Shown here piece by piece: positions 61,547 through 64,000 of a stretch of 64,000 nucleotides of DNA (positions within the stretch are counted from its first letter, which is position 1; each line of letters opens with the position of its first letter). A program made the translations under genes and the position numbers. The DNA lies in contig JAGDZU010000004.1 of assembly GCA_049115575.1 (NCBI GenBank), positions 423,307 to 487,306 of the forward strand, in the 5' to 3' direction. The notes below the pieces were generated by a model. The model ran no database searches. It was not told the origin of the DNA and saw only the letters and a list, made by a program, of their open reading frames with translations. This DNA is from Bacteroidia bacterium (GTDB taxonomy: Bacteria; Bacteroidota; Bacteroidia; NS11-12g; UBA9320).

Positions 61547-63982
61547 CTAATTGCCTACCAACTGTTGCAAACCTTCAAGTGCGTCATCCGCTTTGTACTC
61601 AAAGATGAAGTCCCCATTTTGCTTATGGATTCCAAAGCTACCGTATCGTACTTTGGTTGTAAGGCCATGCATATAGCTCACTATATCTTCCATGGTTACA
61701 TAATCTTTAGGCTTTCCATTCTGAGCAGCTCTTTCATTCAAAGCTTGAATAAGTTTTGATGAGAATGGTGAATTAGCTCCTGGTCGACCATCTGGCACAT
61801 ATTCTTTATTTCCGCTGGTAAGATAAATTCTAGTTTGAATACCCCTTTTATTATTGATGAGCTGGTCAATTTCACTGGCTGCAACACCCTTATAAGTAGC
61901 AGACGGAGTTTCAGAATCAAAGAAGGTACCACCAAAACACACATCCATAATCATAAATACATTTTTACATGATCTCATTTGCCCGATGGCACTATTTAAA
62001 TATGAGTAATGTAAGTAAGACGGATAGCCATCTTCTTCTTCCTCATCAGACAATATGGAATTCTTGCAAACCAGATAAGCCTCCTCTTCTTGTTCGTCAT
62101 AGTAACCATGGCCGGCAAAGTAGATAAGCAATTGATCATTGCTGTTGAACTCTTTCTTCTTATACTCAGTAATCTTTCTCATTACTTCGCGCTGAGTGGC
62201 ATTTATAACCAACTCAACTTTGAACCCATAATGTTCAGTAAGCACTTTTTCTAATGCTCTGGCGTCATTGATAGGATTGTTTAAATCGCCCCATTGATCA
62301 TACTCATTGGTTGCGAAGAGTAAAGCGTAATCCTGTGAACCTCCAGTGTTGAAATCTCCAAAGTCTTCAGCTATAACACCTCTTGTAAGGCTTACATTTT
62401 TTATAACTGGTGCTTTTTTTCTACTCGTATCTGAATTAAAGATGTCAAATGGTCTACCTGTTTGGTATGAAGAAACCGCTAGTCTAGGCCCTTTTAGAGT
62501 GTAGTCTTGCAGTAGAGCCCATCCCAAATCTTGAGTGCTTATTCTCCCTGTATCTTCAAGACTTTCCAAAACTGGCATAATGAAGCTTGAATTTTTGCTT
62601 TCAGGGTTTTCCATTCGCACATCTGCCGGGCAGAGAATTTGAAAATTCTTAATCTCATCTTGATCAAAATTCAAGCGGTTTTTAAAGCTTACAAACTCCT
62701 CTACAAAATGTACTCCTGGTATATCTGCTACTGCTAATATCTGATCGGCATTTACGTAACTCAGGTTCGTGAACAAGCGTTTAAGACTGATTGAATCCGA
62801 TTCTAAAACCAGGCCTTTTTCACCGTTTATATTATACGAATTGCCTGCTAGATGTATTATGAGCACATCCTCATTGCTCACATTAGATGCTAGCTCTCTG
62901 AATGTTTGCTGTATATCTGATTTACTTCTATTCTTGAGGTGAATCCTATTTACTGAACTATAAAGTTTATTGTGTTTGTGATCTATAGCATTAAAAAAAT
63001 CTTCTACATCTTTATGACAATAATTGAATGGAGTTTGATCATTGCTATTGGAGATCCCTAGCAGATAAAGCTTAGGTCTGAACGTATCCATTTTTAGTTT
63101 ATGTGCCAAGCCATATTCCAAACCATCATATATGTTTTCATTCAAATCATCATCTAGCCACGAGTAGAGATTACCTACATCGTCAAAATCATCAACCATG
63201 AGAGCTTCATCCTTAATATGGCTCTGGTTCACTTTAAGTGCTTTTTGATAATGATGTAAGCTAGAGTCGTAGTCTTTCAGCTTATAATAGCAAAATGCAG
63301 ACCATCTGTGGTAAGCTCTTATATCTCTGTAGTTTATTTCTTTGTTTTTGTGTTCTGCATATAATGCAGTATCTAAATGAGCAATAGCACGATCAAAATT
63401 ACTCAGTTTATACGCAGTCTGTGAAAGCTCCCAATGCTCGTCTGACATGACTTTCATTTTATACTCATCTTCCCACTTATCTTTCAAATAGCTTTGGTAC
63501 TTCATGCTTAAAGACTCCATCCATCCTTTGCTAATATTATACTCAAATGCATCTTCTAATGCCTCATATTCCCCCTTATAACTCATGCGTTCAAATCCAA
63601 GATCGAAATAGTGTTTTGCACTATCTTCTATACCACTGAACAAATGAGATATACCTACATTCATGGTTTTGATTGGGTTGTAAATATCTTCTTGATATGA
63701 AGCCCAAAATAGAGGTTTTGCTTTCTTCCATTCTCCCATTCTAAACAATGCTGCACCTTTTGTTCCTTGAGCAAAAGGTATCCAGCTAGAATCGCCCAGA
63801 GCAATTATTGAATCACAGTCATCAACAACACCTTTATAATCTCCTAACTCAAACAAAGCACCAGATCTATACCAATAGCCGGTTTCTTTGAACAAGCCAT
63901 TCTCTATGAGCTGAGTAAAGTATTTGCTAGACTCTTCATGGTCTTTCTCTACATCTCTCAAATAACCTTTCATTAGCAACAT
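61547..63982 (-). CDS. TPR-like repeats + degenerate caspase-like domain + C14 caspase-family domain; N-terminus possibly outside the window
   Basis: 811 aa. His in YFAGHG (codon 62108-62110) and Cys in MDVCFGG (codon 61937-61939). The frame stays open upstream of ATG 63982 to the window end. Confidence 0.8.
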   Translation of the reverse strand: MLLMKGYLRDVEKDHEESSKYFTQLIENGLFKETGYWYRSGALFELGDYKGVVDDCDSIIALGDSSWIPFAQGTKGAALFRMGEWKKAKPLFWASYQEDIYNPIKTMNVGISHLFSGIEDSAKHYFDLGFERMSYKGEYEALEDAFEYNISKGWMESLSMKYQSYLKDKWEDEYKMKVMSDEHWELSQTAYKLSNFDRAIAHLDTALYAEHKNKEINYRDIRAYHRWSAFCYYKLKDYDSSLHHYQKALKVNQSHIKDEALMVDDFDDVGNLYSWLDDDLNENIYDGLEYGLAHKLKMDTFRPKLYLLGISNSNDQTPFNYCHKDVEDFFNAIDHKHNKLYSSVNRIHLKNRSKSDIQQTFRELASNVSNEDVLIIHLAGNSYNINGEKGLVLESDSISLKRLFTNLSYVNADQILAVADIPGVHFVEEFVSFKNRLNFDQDEIKNFQILCPADVRMENPESKNSSFIMPVLESLEDTGRISTQDLGWALLQDYTLKGPRLAVSSYQTGRPFDIFNSDTSRKKAPVIKNVSLTRGVIAEDFGDFNTGGSQDYALLFATNEYDQWGDLNNPINDARALEKVLTEHYGFKVELVINATQREVMRKITEYKKKEFNSNDQLLIYFAGHGYYDEQEEEAYLVCKNSILSDEEEEDGYPSYLHYSYLNSAIGQMRSCKNVFMIMDVCFGGTFFDSETPSATYKGVAASEIDQLINNKRGIQTRIYLTSGNKEYVPDGRPGANSPFSSKLIQALNERAAQNGKPKDYVTMEDIVSYMHGLTTKVRYGSFGIHKQNGDFIFEYKADDALEGLQQLVGN

Positions 63983-64000
63983 ATTGTTATAAAGAGTATC

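Overview
This is an AT-rich, gene-dense chromosomal segment, most likely from a Bacteroidota genome (Flavobacteriia/Cytophagia-like). Supporting signs are gldH, T9SS type-A C-terminal sorting domains, TAnnTTTG -7 promoter boxes, and IPExxxVDY and DUF2480 genes flanking pyk. The window holds about 60 protein genes, nearly all housekeeping: rpmH-rnpA-yidD, S41/M28/M1/C1 peptidases, metF, rsgA, lpdA, monomeric icd, purL, menA-menC, mgtE-rsmA-lpxK, gltX, rnc-fabF-acpP, pyk and fumC. It also holds one tRNA-Pro(GGG), a TPP riboswitch in front of a TonB-dependent receptor, an egtB-egtD ergothioneine pair, and a norCBQD nitric-oxide reductase cluster. rpmH (53 aa) is below the ORF-track cutoff and was found by reading the sequence. 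I saw no CRISPR array, transposase, integrase, rRNA or recognisable defence system, and I cannot point to a convincing complete novel multi-gene system. Six features are not explained by ordinary annotation. (1) Two tandem ~86-nt non-coding units next to tRNA-Pro have structure-preserving differences and their own terminator-like ends, so they are candidate small RNA genes. (2) Four tandem promoter-lipoprotein-terminator modules sit upstream of a conserved-unknown beta-propeller-like gene. (3) A TPR + pseudo-caspase + caspase protein lies at the right edge, possibly truncated by the window. (4) An orphan two-gene membrane cassette is bracketed by a direct repeat that resembles a tRNA 3' end. 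(5) A 20-nt AT-rich motif recurs in four intergenic spots. (6) A GC-rich, apparently structured island follows menC. All functional calls rest on remembered family motifs, because no database search was possible.
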